The notes under the pieces were generated by a model, which had not been told where the DNA came from, did not search any database, and saw only the letters and a list, made by a program, of their open reading frames with translations. Positions 51,134-60,671 of a stretch of DNA of 64,000 nt are shown here, in pieces (position 1 is the first letter of the stretch; each line of letters begins with the position of its first letter). A program made the position numbers and the translations under genes. This stretch comes from Myxococcota bacterium (GTDB lineage Bacteria > Myxococcota_A > Polyangia > JAAYKL01), in assembly GCA_030065855.1 (NCBI GenBank), contig JASJCT010000034.1:852-64851 (forward strand), in the 5' to 3' direction.

Positions 51134-52338
51134 GTGGCCCCTGGAGCCACTTCATCATCCAACTGGAGTTCGGAGAGCATTTGCCTTGCTAGCCTTGCCT
51201 TGGCCCCTCGTGGGTGGTGGCGGAGAAAGGCGTTCAGATGACGCACTGCTTTTTGGGGGGCATTTAGCTGGTTGGCGTACAACCGGGCCAGATCCAGTCT
51301 TGCCGTACCAGACTCAGGGCTGTCCGGCCCGGCGCTGATCAACCGCTCCAGGTACCTAGCCGCACGCTTGAAATGTCCCTTTGCCATTTCACTTTCTGCC
51401 CTTGCGTAGAGATCAACGGTCCTGGGGTTTACATGCAGTTTCTTTGCACTCAGCGCGAACGGTTTATCGGTCTCCTTATCGCGCGCCGGTGCACTGTCTT
51501 TGTCAAACAGATCGTCCAACCTGGACAACCACGTGGCCGCGGCTGCCTCGGCATCCCTATCCAGGGCATGGACCCTTCCGTCGGCGCGTCGGATCTCGCC
51601 CGGCTCGATGATTGTCTCTTCTCCCGCATCTGACACTGCTGCCACCTGGCCTTCGTACACCCCGACCTCCATGATCTGACCGGGCCGCGCTTCGATTAAA
51701 AAGACAGTCCCGGTTACCTGAACCGTCACGCCAGGACCGTGCACATGAAGGGTGTGCTCTTGGGAATGCCCTGAAAACCTTATCCACAGCCTGCCCTTCT
51801 CCACGGTCAGGTCATAGGATGCGACGTCCTCTTTAAATACCCATCGGCTCCCTGGCGCAACGCCGACGATCAGATCTGAAGCCAGCAGTTTGGTTTCCAT
51901 GGCAGTGCTGGATAGTGCCAAAGGGGCTGCTGGCTGACCTACTGTTGGCTCGGTAGATGTGGCATTGGGCTGTTCGTTGAAAATCCATACCAACAGACCG
52001 AAGGCAATCATGGCAGCAGACGCTGGCATCAGGGTAAGGGCTAATCGAAATCGCCGCTTAGAAGATACGATCGCCGCTTGTTCTCCCTTGTCCACTGCCT
52101 TGATGCGGCCCATCAACGAATGGAGCATCCTGTCGCGTACGTCCGATGCGGGGAGAAATCGCTGAGCTCTGGTGACCTCAGTCAGCTCAGACATCTGATG
52201 CACCAAGGGGCCACATTTTTCACATTGCGCCACATGTGCTTCAAATCGCTGCTTCGCCACTTGAGATGTCTCTCCTCTCAAATGGGCCAGGGCATTCTTG
52301 GTGATTTCTTTACATTTCATCTGGGAAGCCATCATCAC
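51112..52338 (-). CDS. anti-sigma factor (zf-HC2) with FecR-like and TPR-like periplasmic regions
   Basis: N-terminal H-x3-C-x2-C (HVAQCEKC), TM helix LTLMPASAAMIAFGLLVWIF. 4-nt overlap with the ECF sigma gene. Confidence 0.7.
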   Translation of the reverse strand: MMMASQMKCKEITKNALAHLRGETSQVAKQRFEAHVAQCEKCGPLVHQMSELTEVTRAQRFLPASDVRDRMLHSLMGRIKAVDKGEQAAIVSSKRRFRLALTLMPASAAMIAFGLLVWIFNEQPNATSTEPTVGQPAAPLALSSTAMETKLLASDLIVGVAPGSRWVFKEDVASYDLTVEKGRLWIRFSGHSQEHTLHVHGPGVTVQVTGTVFLIEARPGQIMEVGVYEGQVAAVSDAGEETIIEPGEIRRADGRVHALDRDAEAAAATWLSRLDDLFDKDSAPARDKETDKPFALSAKKLHVNPRTVDLYARAESEMAKGHFKRAARYLERLISAGPDSPESGTARLDLARLYANQLNAPQKAVRHLNAFLRHHPRGAKARLARQMLSELQLDDEVAPGATHDTSHL

Positions 52339-52913
52339 ACCTCCCCCGTGTTGAGTGACGTATTGACCGCAAGGGCCTGCATCAAGGTTTCCCTTGACCG
52401 ACGCAATCGGGAGCTCGCCGTATTCAAGGGTATTTTTAATGTTTGAGCGATCTGATCCAATGTTAACCCTTGAAATTCATACAATATAAAAACAACGCGG
52501 TTTTTGACCGACAGCTGTTCGAGAAGAGCATACATCTGCTGCACAGCGCGTCGCGCGTCGATCTTGTTTTCAGACATATCTCGCGTGCTCAGGGTGTTCA
52601 GCGCCGTGGGGGTCAATGCCTGTTTGGACAATCTGGGCCTTCGCAGGTAGGAGTAGGTTACATTGATAGCAATGCGATGCACCCAGGTGGCAAAGCTCGA
52701 TTCTCCTTTGAAGCGCCCAATCGAGCGATAAACCTGAAAGAAAACCTCCTGGACCACATCCTCCCTCTCGGTGCGAAAGGGTCCCAGGATTCTCGTTACC
52801 AAGCTGAACACGTTATCGACATGTCGGTAATACAAGCTCCGAAACGCGACCATGTTGCCCTGTGTGACCTCATGCACCAGCTCGGCATCTGTTTTTTCAC
52901 TGATCAAGGGCAC
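52335..52913 (-). CDS. ECF (sigma-24 type) RNA polymerase sigma factor
   Basis: Region 2 (FRSLYYRHVDNVFSLV...EDVVQEVF...ESSFATWVHRIAINV) and region 4 (FQGLTLDQIAQTLKIPLNTASSRLRRSRE). Confidence 0.9.
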   Translation of the reverse strand: MPLISEKTDAELVHEVTQGNMVAFRSLYYRHVDNVFSLVTRILGPFRTEREDVVQEVFFQVYRSIGRFKGESSFATWVHRIAINVTYSYLRRPRLSKQALTPTALNTLSTRDMSENKIDARRAVQQMYALLEQLSVKNRVVFILYEFQGLTLDQIAQTLKIPLNTASSRLRRSRETLMQALAVNTSLNTGEV

Positions 52914-52918
52914 GACTC

Positions 52919-53941
52919 CTAAAAGAAAAACAGGGCCCCAACGCCGACGTCGAGCATAAAAATCCCGAGTTGAACCGCTGTCTTGCCTCGGATCTTGTAG
53001 TCTCTCCGGCCAAGCGAAATGACCGGGCTGGTTCTGATGAAGAGCGCAAACACCGGAAAGAAGCGAACCCCCAGACCAGCAGATACGCGAACTGCAACGC
53101 GCGACCCGGTCGATATCTCTTCCACTTCAGGTTTTTTTTCTCCGATATGGACCAGGGCAGCGTGAGTGTACTGCAACGCCAGACCTACATCACTGAACAA
53201 TTTTTGGTTATACGCGATCAAGTAGGCAAGCCCCAGCCAGACCGCGCGATCCGTCACACTGACTGCGTCTTCTTTTTCAGATACCCCTTCGTAGCTCGTC
53301 GAAAGCTTGAGCCCTCCCTTTATCCACAGGTTGTTCGCAAGCAACACCCCTAGATCAAATAATCCGCTCAAGGCCACATCGCCACTGCTTCCCGCAACAC
53401 TCAGGCCCAAAGCCGTACCTACTGTTCCCAGGGGACGTGCTCTCAAAACAGGATCTGCTTCAGGGGGCTCCTGCACAACAGGTCCTACTGCCTGCTCCTC
53501 CTGGTTTCCGTTTAGATCCAGTCGCATTGCCGCAAGTACAGCTGCGCGCCGCAATCCGTCCTTGGTCTCTGTTTGCTGCTGATCTATTTGCTCCTCGATG
53601 AGAATCTCACCCTCGCCGCATGACGCCAACGTCAAGAACGTCTTTCCCAGAGCGGTCGTCTCGATCCTGGCGATGTAGTGCCCGGGCCCCAATGCGTTGC
53701 AAACCTCTTCATTACCATTGATTGGCCTCTCGTTGACTGACCAACCAGGCAACCGCACCCCCAGGGCCTCTATAAAATCTTGGGATGTATACGTTGGGTC
53801 TGCTTTGGTCATATCTACCCAGATAACGCCCTTTTCATCATCGGCCCAAGCGGGTTGCATGCTGAAAACGATGCTCAAAAGCTGCCCGCACCCGTAATGC
53901 GTCCACAGTAATAGTCGCCAAAAAATCCGAAATTTGTGCAT
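52919..53941 (-). CDS. hypothetical secreted protein with C-terminal beta-barrel-like half (first gene of the ECF operon)
   Basis: N-terminal hydrophobic signal. The C-terminal half has alternating strands and ends in ...DVGVGALFFF (aromatic terminus). No family recognised. Confidence 0.4.
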   Translation of the reverse strand: MHKFRIFWRLLLWTHYGCGQLLSIVFSMQPAWADDEKGVIWVDMTKADPTYTSQDFIEALGVRLPGWSVNERPINGNEEVCNALGPGHYIARIETTALGKTFLTLASCGEGEILIEEQIDQQQTETKDGLRRAAVLAAMRLDLNGNQEEQAVGPVVQEPPEADPVLRARPLGTVGTALGLSVAGSSGDVALSGLFDLGVLLANNLWIKGGLKLSTSYEGVSEKEDAVSVTDRAVWLGLAYLIAYNQKLFSDVGLALQYTHAALVHIGEKKPEVEEISTGSRVAVRVSAGLGVRFFPVFALFIRTSPVISLGRRDYKIRGKTAVQLGIFMLDVGVGALFFF

Positions 53942-54126
53942 ACACCGACCTCAGAACAGTATTCCTCGACTCAAGCGAACTCTTAAAAAATATTGCACAA
54001 AAATGGACAATATTCCAAAGGCCGCGCGACCAACCTAGGAAAGAAGGCCAACAGCCGGCTTTTTTAATGACCAGCGAAAATGATGCAGGAGCAGGCCTGC
54101 ACTTGCAACCATTAAGGAGATGTTCG

Positions 54127-54981
54127 ATGAAACAACAATGGTATGATTGGCTTTGCGTGTGTGTGGGCGTATGCTTTCTCGCCGTTGTTATCAGCTGTGA
54201 TGAAGAAGGTGACGTAGGCGATAGTGGAAGCGCGAACGAGGAGTTGACCAGCGAACAGGACGACGATGTGACAGGCAATGGGGCGCCCAATGGCCCCCAC
54301 TACAACCTCAACCTGATTGGCGCCGATAAGGTGAAGCCCGCTGATTTGCAAAACAACAAGGGGCATCGAATATTCCCGCCACTTTTCGGACAGACCCAAA
54401 TAATGCTCGCCCAAGGCGACCTTCAAATGCTCGACGCCAACGGCACAGACGGCCCGGCTGAATTCCAACTCCCACATCCAGACCCGGAGAACGACGGCGT
54501 GTTATCCTACACGGTTTGGGCGCGCGCGGTGGGGACACCAGGGGGCGATGCCACTATGACCACTTGTGCTACAAATTCCATTACAGGCCAGGAATACTGC
54601 AGCACACACACCCTCTCATTGATCAGAGAAAAGGGAAAATCGGTATTTACGAACGTCTCTGAACAATTACTGTACCTTCACGCGGACGTGGACCAAGACG
54701 GTGTTGCAGAGCGTTATCCCTTATTTGATGCGGCGTTCGTGGGGTATCACTGGTTCTATGAGAACAACGGCCTTCGCATTGCGCAGCTGCGCTTTTATGG
54801 TCCCAATGATGAGGAAGTCGACACTGACACGGGTGTAGATACCGACACAGACGTGGACACCGATTCGGACGTGGATAGTGATTCGGACGCGGATACTGAT
54901 TCGGACGTGGACACCGATTCGGATGTGGACACTGATTCGGACACGGATGAAGATACCGACACGAATATCATTGTCATCTAG
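54127..54981 (+). CDS. hypothetical lipoprotein with C-terminal Asp-Thr/Ser repeat tail
   Basis: AAGGAG lies 7 nt before ATG 54127. Lipobox VVISC. The C-terminal tail is [48 protein letters not shown]. Confidence 0.5.
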   Translation: MKQQWYDWLCVCVGVCFLAVVISCDEEGDVGDSGSANEELTSEQDDDVTGNGAPNGPHYNLNLIGADKVKPADLQNNKGHRIFPPLFGQTQIMLAQGDLQMLDANGTDGPAEFQLPHPDPENDGVLSYTVWARAVGTPGGDATMTTCATNSITGQEYCSTHTLSLIREKGKSVFTNVSEQLLYLHADVDQDGVAERYPLFDAAFVGYHWFYENNGLRIAQLRFYGPNDEEVDTDTGVDTDTDVDTDSDVDSDSDADTDSDVDTDSDVDTDSDTDEDTDTNIIVI

Positions 54982-55205
54982 CATTTGTATCCACAGACCT
55001 CTCCTTTAGCACTTCACCTATCGCGCTTGTTGTCTAGGATACCGGTGACTCTGTTCGCTTAGACGCAAATACTGCTAGTGCCTAGTCAAGCGTACATTGA
55101 CGGGTGAGGATTTTGATTCCCCCTTGAAAAGGGGGTTAGGGGGATTTCCAAAGAAAATAGGGCGAAAATTGTACTTATCAGTTTAATTCTGTGCAGTTAA
55201 TAGGG

Positions 55206-56098
55206 ATGAAACGATACATCATTAATCTCACGAAACTTGAAAGAGAAGCGCTGCTACAACTGACAACTGCCGGTCGCCATGCCGCCCGGAAAATGCTACA
55301 CGCCCGGATATTGCTCAAGGCTGATGCGGGGATCAAAGATGCGGACATTTGCGAGCATCTGAACGTTAGTGTCCGAACGGAACGGTCGAACGAATTCGCG
55401 AACGTTGTGCTAAAGAAGGGATTGAAGCGGCACTTAACCCGAAAAAGAGGCCGCCCAAGGAACCAACCTTCGATGGTGATGCCGAAGCCAAATTGGTCCA
55501 ACTGGCTTGCAGTAAACCGCCACAAGGACGGCAAACGAGTAAGCAGTTATTGGCACATACCAGGACTCCGATACCCGTCATCTCTGGAACACCCGCACGA
55601 GTGGACGACGAGTATAAGCGCCATGGCACAGCGAATATTTTTCTCTGCGTTGAGCCGCTGGCCGGCAAAACTGTTGTCAAGGCTACCAAACGCCGCACCA
55701 GGACAGACTTTGCTCACTTCTTGAAGGAGCTATGTGACGGGCCATACCGCGATGCAGAAAAACTTGTCATCGTGATGGACAATCTCAATACCCATACACT
55801 GGCCTCACTCTACGAGGCATTTTCGCCAGCAGAAGCGCGCCGTATTGTTGAGAAAGTGGAGGTTCACTACACACCAAAACACGGAAGCTGGCTTGATATT
55901 GCTGAAATAGAATTATCCGTGTTGGCCCGTCAATGTTTGCATCAACGGATTGGTTCGCTAACTGAATTGGAGAAATCTCTTCGGTATTGGGAGCAGCACC
56001 GCAATGCCGAAGGCCGCACTGTATCTTGGCATTTTACTACAGAAGATGCACGTAATCGCCTTAGGCGTCTCTATCCGGTTTTGGAGGGCGGGCAATGA
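55206..56098 (+). pseudogene. IS630-family (DDE) transposase, frameshifted and apparently shortened
   Basis: HTH part KRYIINLTKLEREALLQLTTAGRHAARKMLHARILLKADAG. After a tandem GAACG GAACG at 55375-55384 the frame changes. In the new frame I read TVERIRERCAKEGIEAALNPKKRPPKEPTFDGDAEAKLVQLACSKPPQGR...DDEYKRHGTANIF...VMDNLNTH...HYTPKHGSWLDIAEIE. The region between PPQGR and DEYKRHGT is much shorter than I expect for the family. Confidence 0.75.
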
Positions 56099-56114
56099 AT
56101 GATATTGTTCGTGG

Positions 56115-56498
56115 ATGCTTCCATATAACAAAAATCTAAAGGAGCGTTCACGCGAGCTGCGCTCGTCAATGACGGATGCAGAGATCGCGTTATGGTCGAA
56201 AGTACGACGCAAGCAGCTATACGGTCTTCAATTTCATCGACAAAAGCCAATCGGCAAGTATATCGTTGATTTCTATTGCCCCGAAGCGTGGCTTGTTGTT
56301 GAGATCGATGGTGGTCAACATTATACGCCGGAAGGTGAGCACAACGATGCGAATCGTGACACCTACCTGCAAAGCCTAGGGCTTTCGGTGCTCAGATTTT
56401 CAAACCTCGACGTGCTGCGCAACATGGATGGTGTGATGGCAACAATCGTTCAGAAGATCGAAACCATGCTCAGCAAAGAAGAGACAAAATCCCCCTAA
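56115..56498 (+). CDS. DUF559 (Vsr/restriction-endonuclease-like fold) domain protein
   Basis: ELRSSMTDAEIALWSKVRRKQLYGLQFHRQKPIGKYIVDFYCPEAWLVVEIDGGQH...RDTYLQSLGLSVLRFSN is the canonical DUF559 pattern. The stop codon lies inside the right repeat arm. Confidence 0.85.
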   Translation: MLPYNKNLKERSRELRSSMTDAEIALWSKVRRKQLYGLQFHRQKPIGKYIVDFYCPEAWLVVEIDGGQHYTPEGEHNDANRDTYLQSLGLSVLRFSNLDVLRNMDGVMATIVQKIETMLSKEETKSP

Positions 56499-56526
56499 CC
56501 CCCTTTTCAAGGGGGAATCAGAACGC

Positions 56527-57291
56527 TTACCCGTCAGAGAATGTCTGACAAGGCACTAGCTTCTCTATCGCAGCTTCTTTGAGGATGAGGTAAAGAATCG
56601 TCGTTCCCGCTCCCATAACCCCCCTAATGGTGCCGGATACTTTTGATTTTCCACCTGCACGGCGTCGATACCTGACAGGTACCTCCAACACCCGCATGCC
56701 ATGCCTGGCTGCGCGGACCTGCATTTGCACCGTCCACCCATAGGCAGGATCATCCATCTTCAGCTGGTCTATGGCCGACCACTTGATCGCTCGAAACGGC
56801 CCCAGATCGGTGTAGGTAACCCCGAACAGGCGTCGAATGAGCCAACAGCTCAACCAATTGCCAAATCGCTGAGGCATTGTGAGCGCCCCTTTCTCGCAGG
56901 GGCCGAGCACCCGGGACCCAATGACCAAGTCAAATCCGTCATTGAGAATCGGCTCAACAAGCAGCCTCATTTCGCTCGGGTCGTCAGAGAGGTCACCGTC
57001 CAGAAAAACCAATACATCTGGAAGGGCGCCAAAAGGTTTAGACGCCAACTTTGACATTCCTGCCAAACATGCTCGGCCGTATCCTCGCTTTTCCTGACGT
57101 GTGATGTCAGCTCCCAGGTCAGCAGCGATAGTAGCAGTGCCGTCAGAGGATCCGTTGTCGGCGACGATCACCCGGTCGACCCAGTGGGGAATCGCGCGAA
57201 TGACCCCTCCGATCGTCTGGGCTTCGTTGAGTGCCGGAATAATGACGGCAATGGTATGCTGGCCAATCAAGGGTACAACCTCGTTAAACAA
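56527..57291 (-). CDS. family 2 glycosyltransferase (polyprenol-phosphate sugar transferase-like)
   Basis: VIIPALNEAQTIGGVI, VADNGSSDGT, and a DxD-type FLDGDLSDD. The last ~11 codons fall within the outer part of the inverted repeat. Confidence 0.85.
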   Translation of the reverse strand: MFNEVVPLIGQHTIAVIIPALNEAQTIGGVIRAIPHWVDRVIVADNGSSDGTATIAADLGADITRQEKRGYGRACLAGMSKLASKPFGALPDVLVFLDGDLSDDPSEMRLLVEPILNDGFDLVIGSRVLGPCEKGALTMPQRFGNWLSCWLIRRLFGVTYTDLGPFRAIKWSAIDQLKMDDPAYGWTVQMQVRAARHGMRVLEVPVRYRRRAGGKSKVSGTIRGVMGAGTTILYLILKEAAIEKLVPCQTFSDG

Positions 57292-57350
57292 CGGACGCTG
57301 TTGACGGGATGTCTATAACAGGAAAATTGCTTTCGACACAGCGAAAGTGC

Positions 57351-58013
57351 CTACTTCACTCGACAGGCTTTGGCTTTGGATGCATACGAGATGTTGCGGC
57401 TACACCTGGGGCAGCTAAGATTGTCATATGAGCGAGGGGACCAGCGAGATTTCTTTTTGAAAAAGTCAAACATCACATCCACGAGCTCTGCCCGCGTGAT
57501 CATATCTTGTGGGAATAACCACGCGTTGGCACTCCCATTCATGGTCTTTGCCCTTGATTGAATTTCCAGAATAAACGCATCGAGTGCACCTGCTGCAAGT
57601 GCTCCCCGCATGGTCGATTCAAAGCCGTTTAGCACCTCGCGATCCTCAAGGATCGGATTTTCAGCAATCCATTTTTCAAACAGGGCGCCAATGGCTTCTC
57701 TGATTGTGAAGATGACGCGACTGGGTGAAAGGTTCGAAAGAAACGCCTGGACCGCTGGATCGGCGTCGTAGGTAACAGTGCTCAGCCGATCGAGCATTTC
57801 TACGAACACCACATCGGCGATCTTGTCGAGTCGCCGCCAGATGGCCATATCCATGGTATCTGTCGCCTCCGTATCGATCGCCATCGCACCCTGAACCGAT
57901 GACCATCCTGGCTCGATGTCAACCGGCATCTTTGTATCAACACGCGCGGCTGGCGTTAACCCCAGTTGAGACTCATTCCTAGTATCCATTGCTGCTGTCC
58001 CCCATTTCGGCAT
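57351..58013 (-). CDS. hypothetical protein
   Basis: 220-aa ORF with coding-like composition. C-terminal CPRC...C. No family recognised. Confidence 0.35.
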   Translation of the reverse strand: MPKWGTAAMDTRNESQLGLTPAARVDTKMPVDIEPGWSSVQGAMAIDTEATDTMDMAIWRRLDKIADVVFVEMLDRLSTVTYDADPAVQAFLSNLSPSRVIFTIREAIGALFEKWIAENPILEDREVLNGFESTMRGALAAGALDAFILEIQSRAKTMNGSANAWLFPQDMITRAELVDVMFDFFKKKSRWSPRSYDNLSCPRCSRNISYASKAKACRVK

Positions 58014-58205
58014 GCTGCAGTCAATTACTCACTTTATACAGAATCGGGTCGCAGCCGGCAATCTTTAGTCAAAAAAGAATTGTCAGCCCTGTGGCTGGGT
58101 AAAATCGGCCCCAGCTATTCTATGATCCACTTTGGATCATTGATTGATATGTTTTACCCATTTACCTGAGATTTGAGCTACAATAAATGGCGTGAGGAGA
58201 AAGAA

Positions 58206-58418
58206 ATGGACGCTCTCGCAAATATTCTAAAAGATGCGTTGACCTTGAAACCAGCTCTAAAAATGAAACTAATCGACGAGCTACTGCTGAGTCTTGATTA
58301 TCCTGATAAAGAACTGGGCGAGCTGTGGGCCAAGGAGGCCGAAGCTAGAATCGATGCATATGAACAAGGCAAGCTGAAAGCGATCCCAATCGAAAAGGTT
58401 ATCGAAAAATACAAGTAA
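58206..58418 (+). CDS. putative addiction-module antitoxin component
   Basis: MDALANILKDALTLKPALKMKLIDELLLSLD...LWAKEAEARIDAYEQGKLKAIPIEKV matches the pattern of the 'addiction module component' family paired with ParE/RelE toxins. GAGGAG upstream of ATG 58206. Confidence 0.7.
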   Translation: MDALANILKDALTLKPALKMKLIDELLLSLDYPDKELGELWAKEAEARIDAYEQGKLKAIPIEKVIEKYK

Positions 58419-58432
58419 AATAGTCTCACATC

Positions 58433-58723
58433 ATGCAAATACAGTTCTTGGAAAGTGCTCAAGCCGAGCTGGATGAAGCTGTCGACTATTACAATTGCGA
58501 AGCTCCTGGACTCGGACGAGAGTTTTTGACCGAAGTCCTGAACGCATTGGACAGAATCGGGTCATTTCCCAAGGCCTGGCATCACTGCTCTAAGCGAACG
58601 AGACGTTGTCAAACACGCCGGTTTCCTTACGGCATTATCTATCAAATCCGCAAAAGGAAGATCTTGGTCGTAGCTGTTGCAAATCTTCACAGAAAGCCAG
58701 ACTATTGGCATGATCGATTATAA
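58433..58723 (+). CDS. RelE/ParE-family type II toxin
   Basis: FLESAQAELDEAVDYY......FLTEV..AL.RI..FP.....C....RRCQTRRFPYGIIYQI....ILVVAVANLHRKPDYW is the typical plasmid-stabilisation ParE-like pattern. It lies 14 nt after the antitoxin gene. Confidence 0.8.
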   Translation: MQIQFLESAQAELDEAVDYYNCEAPGLGREFLTEVLNALDRIGSFPKAWHHCSKRTRRCQTRRFPYGIIYQIRKRKILVVAVANLHRKPDYWHDRL

Positions 58724-58742
58724 TGGTCCCATGCAATAGCTG

Positions 58743-60653
58743 ATGAGAAAAAAATATTCACCAATACTGGAGACACTTAAGCTAATCCTCCTTGGGGGGA
58801 TTTTTATATTGCTCCTCATCGGTGTCCTGCAACGGGACAATCTCGAAGAACAGACCCTTCTTCTCAAACGGCGCATCGCGGCTTTGGAAGGGGACGGGCA
58901 ACCAGCAAGCGGTCCCAAAACAGAGCCTTCATCTGATATCGCACTTCAAAAAAGATGGCTGCATCCCGACGTCGCCAACCATCTCACCCCTGACCCGTTC
59001 GACCTGATTGCCGGCGATGCTATCCAAGGCGGCACCTTGACCCGATGGCTGGGCGAAGATGTCAAGGGATGGAATCCAATCACTGTCATCGATGCCAATG
59101 CCCGAAAATGCACAATCCCCTACATTCTGGAACCCCTTGGGGACTACCACTTTCAAAATCCAGACAAGTTCGCACCCAGACTTGCCGAACGGGTTGAGGT
59201 GACCGATGATTTCCGCGAATACACGATCTACCTCAGGCAGGGGGTCACGTGGCACCGGCCTGCCGTAGACTGGTCAAACCCTCGCTATGACTGGCTGAAA
59301 CCCGAGCGAGAATTCACTGCCGAAGACGTCAAGTTCACCCTCGACCTGTACCTCAACCCACAAGTCCAAGCCGGACACTGGCGAAACTACTATCAGGACG
59401 TGGCATCCTGCAGGATTATCGATGACCACACAGTGGTGATTCGATGGAAAAAACGCATGTTCGAATCGGTCGCGTTCACCCTGTTGCTCCGGCCCATACC
59501 AAAGTTCCTGTACGCCCATGACGAGACAGGCACCCCCTTTCCCGAGGAGACACTGGGCCTTAGCTTCAACGAACATTGGTACAATCAATCAACCATTGGC
59601 ACGGGGCCGTATACCTTTGTCTCGTGGGAACCCGGCGCATCAGTAAAACTCACCCGAAACGAGGCCTATTGGGGTGAGCAGCCACCGATTAAGGACCTTG
59701 TCTTTCGGATCGCTAGGGATGCGCATGCGTCGGTGCGATACTTAAAGAGTCGAAAAATCGATTACGGCTATCTCTTTAGTCCTGCTGATTATCGCGCTGA
59801 GATCCTCGAGGGTCGACCCGATTCCCCGTTTAAGGACGGGCGTATCCAACACGGATTTTACGATCGCCTGTCCTATACGTTCATTGGCTGGAACCTTTTT
59901 AACCCGCTTTTTAAAGACAAGCGCGTGCGCCGCGCCATGACCATGTGCCTCGATCGGCAGAGCATCTTGAAAAACATCTTCCTCGGGCTCGGCGTCGTGA
60001 TCACCGGCCCCTTCTATTACAAAAGCCCATATTATGACCCCAAGATTCAACCCATACCTTACGATCCCCAAGGGGCGATCGCACTGCTCAAAGAGGCGGG
60101 ATGGGACGACTCAGACGGAGACGGCCTGCTCGACAAGCACATCCAGGGAGAAAAGGTCGACTTTGCGTTCACCCTGCTAATTAATACGGGCAAAGACCAT
60201 TGGCGAGATGTGGCTGCCCTGTTCAAAGAGGCACTCTATGCCATTGGCGTGCACATGACGGTTAAGGAGGTGGATTGGCCCGTGCTTCAAAAGCTCAGGG
60301 ATGAACGGGACTTTGACTGCTTCTTGGGTGCCTGGGGCCTCTTTTGGTTTACCGATCCCTTTGGCGTCTGGCATTCATCCCAGGCAGACCTGCAACAGAG
60401 CTCGAACTTCATTGGATTTAAAAACCCGGCAGCAGACCAAATCATCGAAACCCTAAGGCAGACCTTTGACGTAGAAAAACGCATTGCCCTGAGCCGGACG
60501 CTGCATCGCATCATTCACGAAGAGCAGCCCTATACCTTTTTATTTACGCGTCCCCGCATTGCCGCATGGTGGCACACGGTGCGCCGGGTGGTCTTCAGTC
60601 CGATTCTGCCGCAGGACGGGTCGATACCGTGGTATCTCGACCCCAACAACTAA
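58743..60653 (+). CDS. ABC transporter substrate-binding protein, family 5 (Opp/Dpp peptide-nickel type)
   Basis: 636 aa. N-terminal anchor helix, then SBP_bac_5-like core (...YTIYLRQGVTWH...GTGPYTFVSWEPGASVKLTRNEAYWG...). It is followed by two cognate permease genes. Confidence 0.9.
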   Translation: MRKKYSPILETLKLILLGGIFILLLIGVLQRDNLEEQTLLLKRRIAALEGDGQPASGPKTEPSSDIALQKRWLHPDVANHLTPDPFDLIAGDAIQGGTLTRWLGEDVKGWNPITVIDANARKCTIPYILEPLGDYHFQNPDKFAPRLAERVEVTDDFREYTIYLRQGVTWHRPAVDWSNPRYDWLKPEREFTAEDVKFTLDLYLNPQVQAGHWRNYYQDVASCRIIDDHTVVIRWKKRMFESVAFTLLLRPIPKFLYAHDETGTPFPEETLGLSFNEHWYNQSTIGTGPYTFVSWEPGASVKLTRNEAYWGEQPPIKDLVFRIARDAHASVRYLKSRKIDYGYLFSPADYRAEILEGRPDSPFKDGRIQHGFYDRLSYTFIGWNLFNPLFKDKRVRRAMTMCLDRQSILKNIFLGLGVVITGPFYYKSPYYDPKIQPIPYDPQGAIALLKEAGWDDSDGDGLLDKHIQGEKVDFAFTLLINTGKDHWRDVAALFKEALYAIGVHMTVKEVDWPVLQKLRDERDFDCFLGAWGLFWFTDPFGVWHSSQADLQQSSNFIGFKNPAADQIIETLRQTFDVEKRIALSRTLHRIIHEEQPYTFLFTRPRIAAWWHTVRRVVFSPILPQDGSIPWYLDPNN

Positions 60654-60671
60654 TGGGCGATCAAAACCCAC

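Larger units (their letters stand above)
55074..56560 (+). mobile_element. IS630-family element remnant with DUF559 passenger, bounded by ~85-bp imperfect inverted repeats of the MITE-like family
   Basis: gattcccccttgaaaagggggttagggggattt (55115-55147) is the exact reverse complement of 56488-56520. The similarity continues outward (gctagtgcct..gtcaagcgtacattgacgggtgagg versus its complement at 56521-56560). Confidence 0.7.

Noticed and set aside
55074-55080. TA target-site duplication expected for IS630/Tc1-type insertion at the outer ends of the 55-56.5 kb element and of the short palindromic copies.
   Set aside because: The outer boundaries of the imperfect arms cannot be fixed to the nucleotide by eye. 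TA dinucleotides occur near both ends but not at clearly symmetrical positions, so the IS630-MITE link stays a hypothesis.
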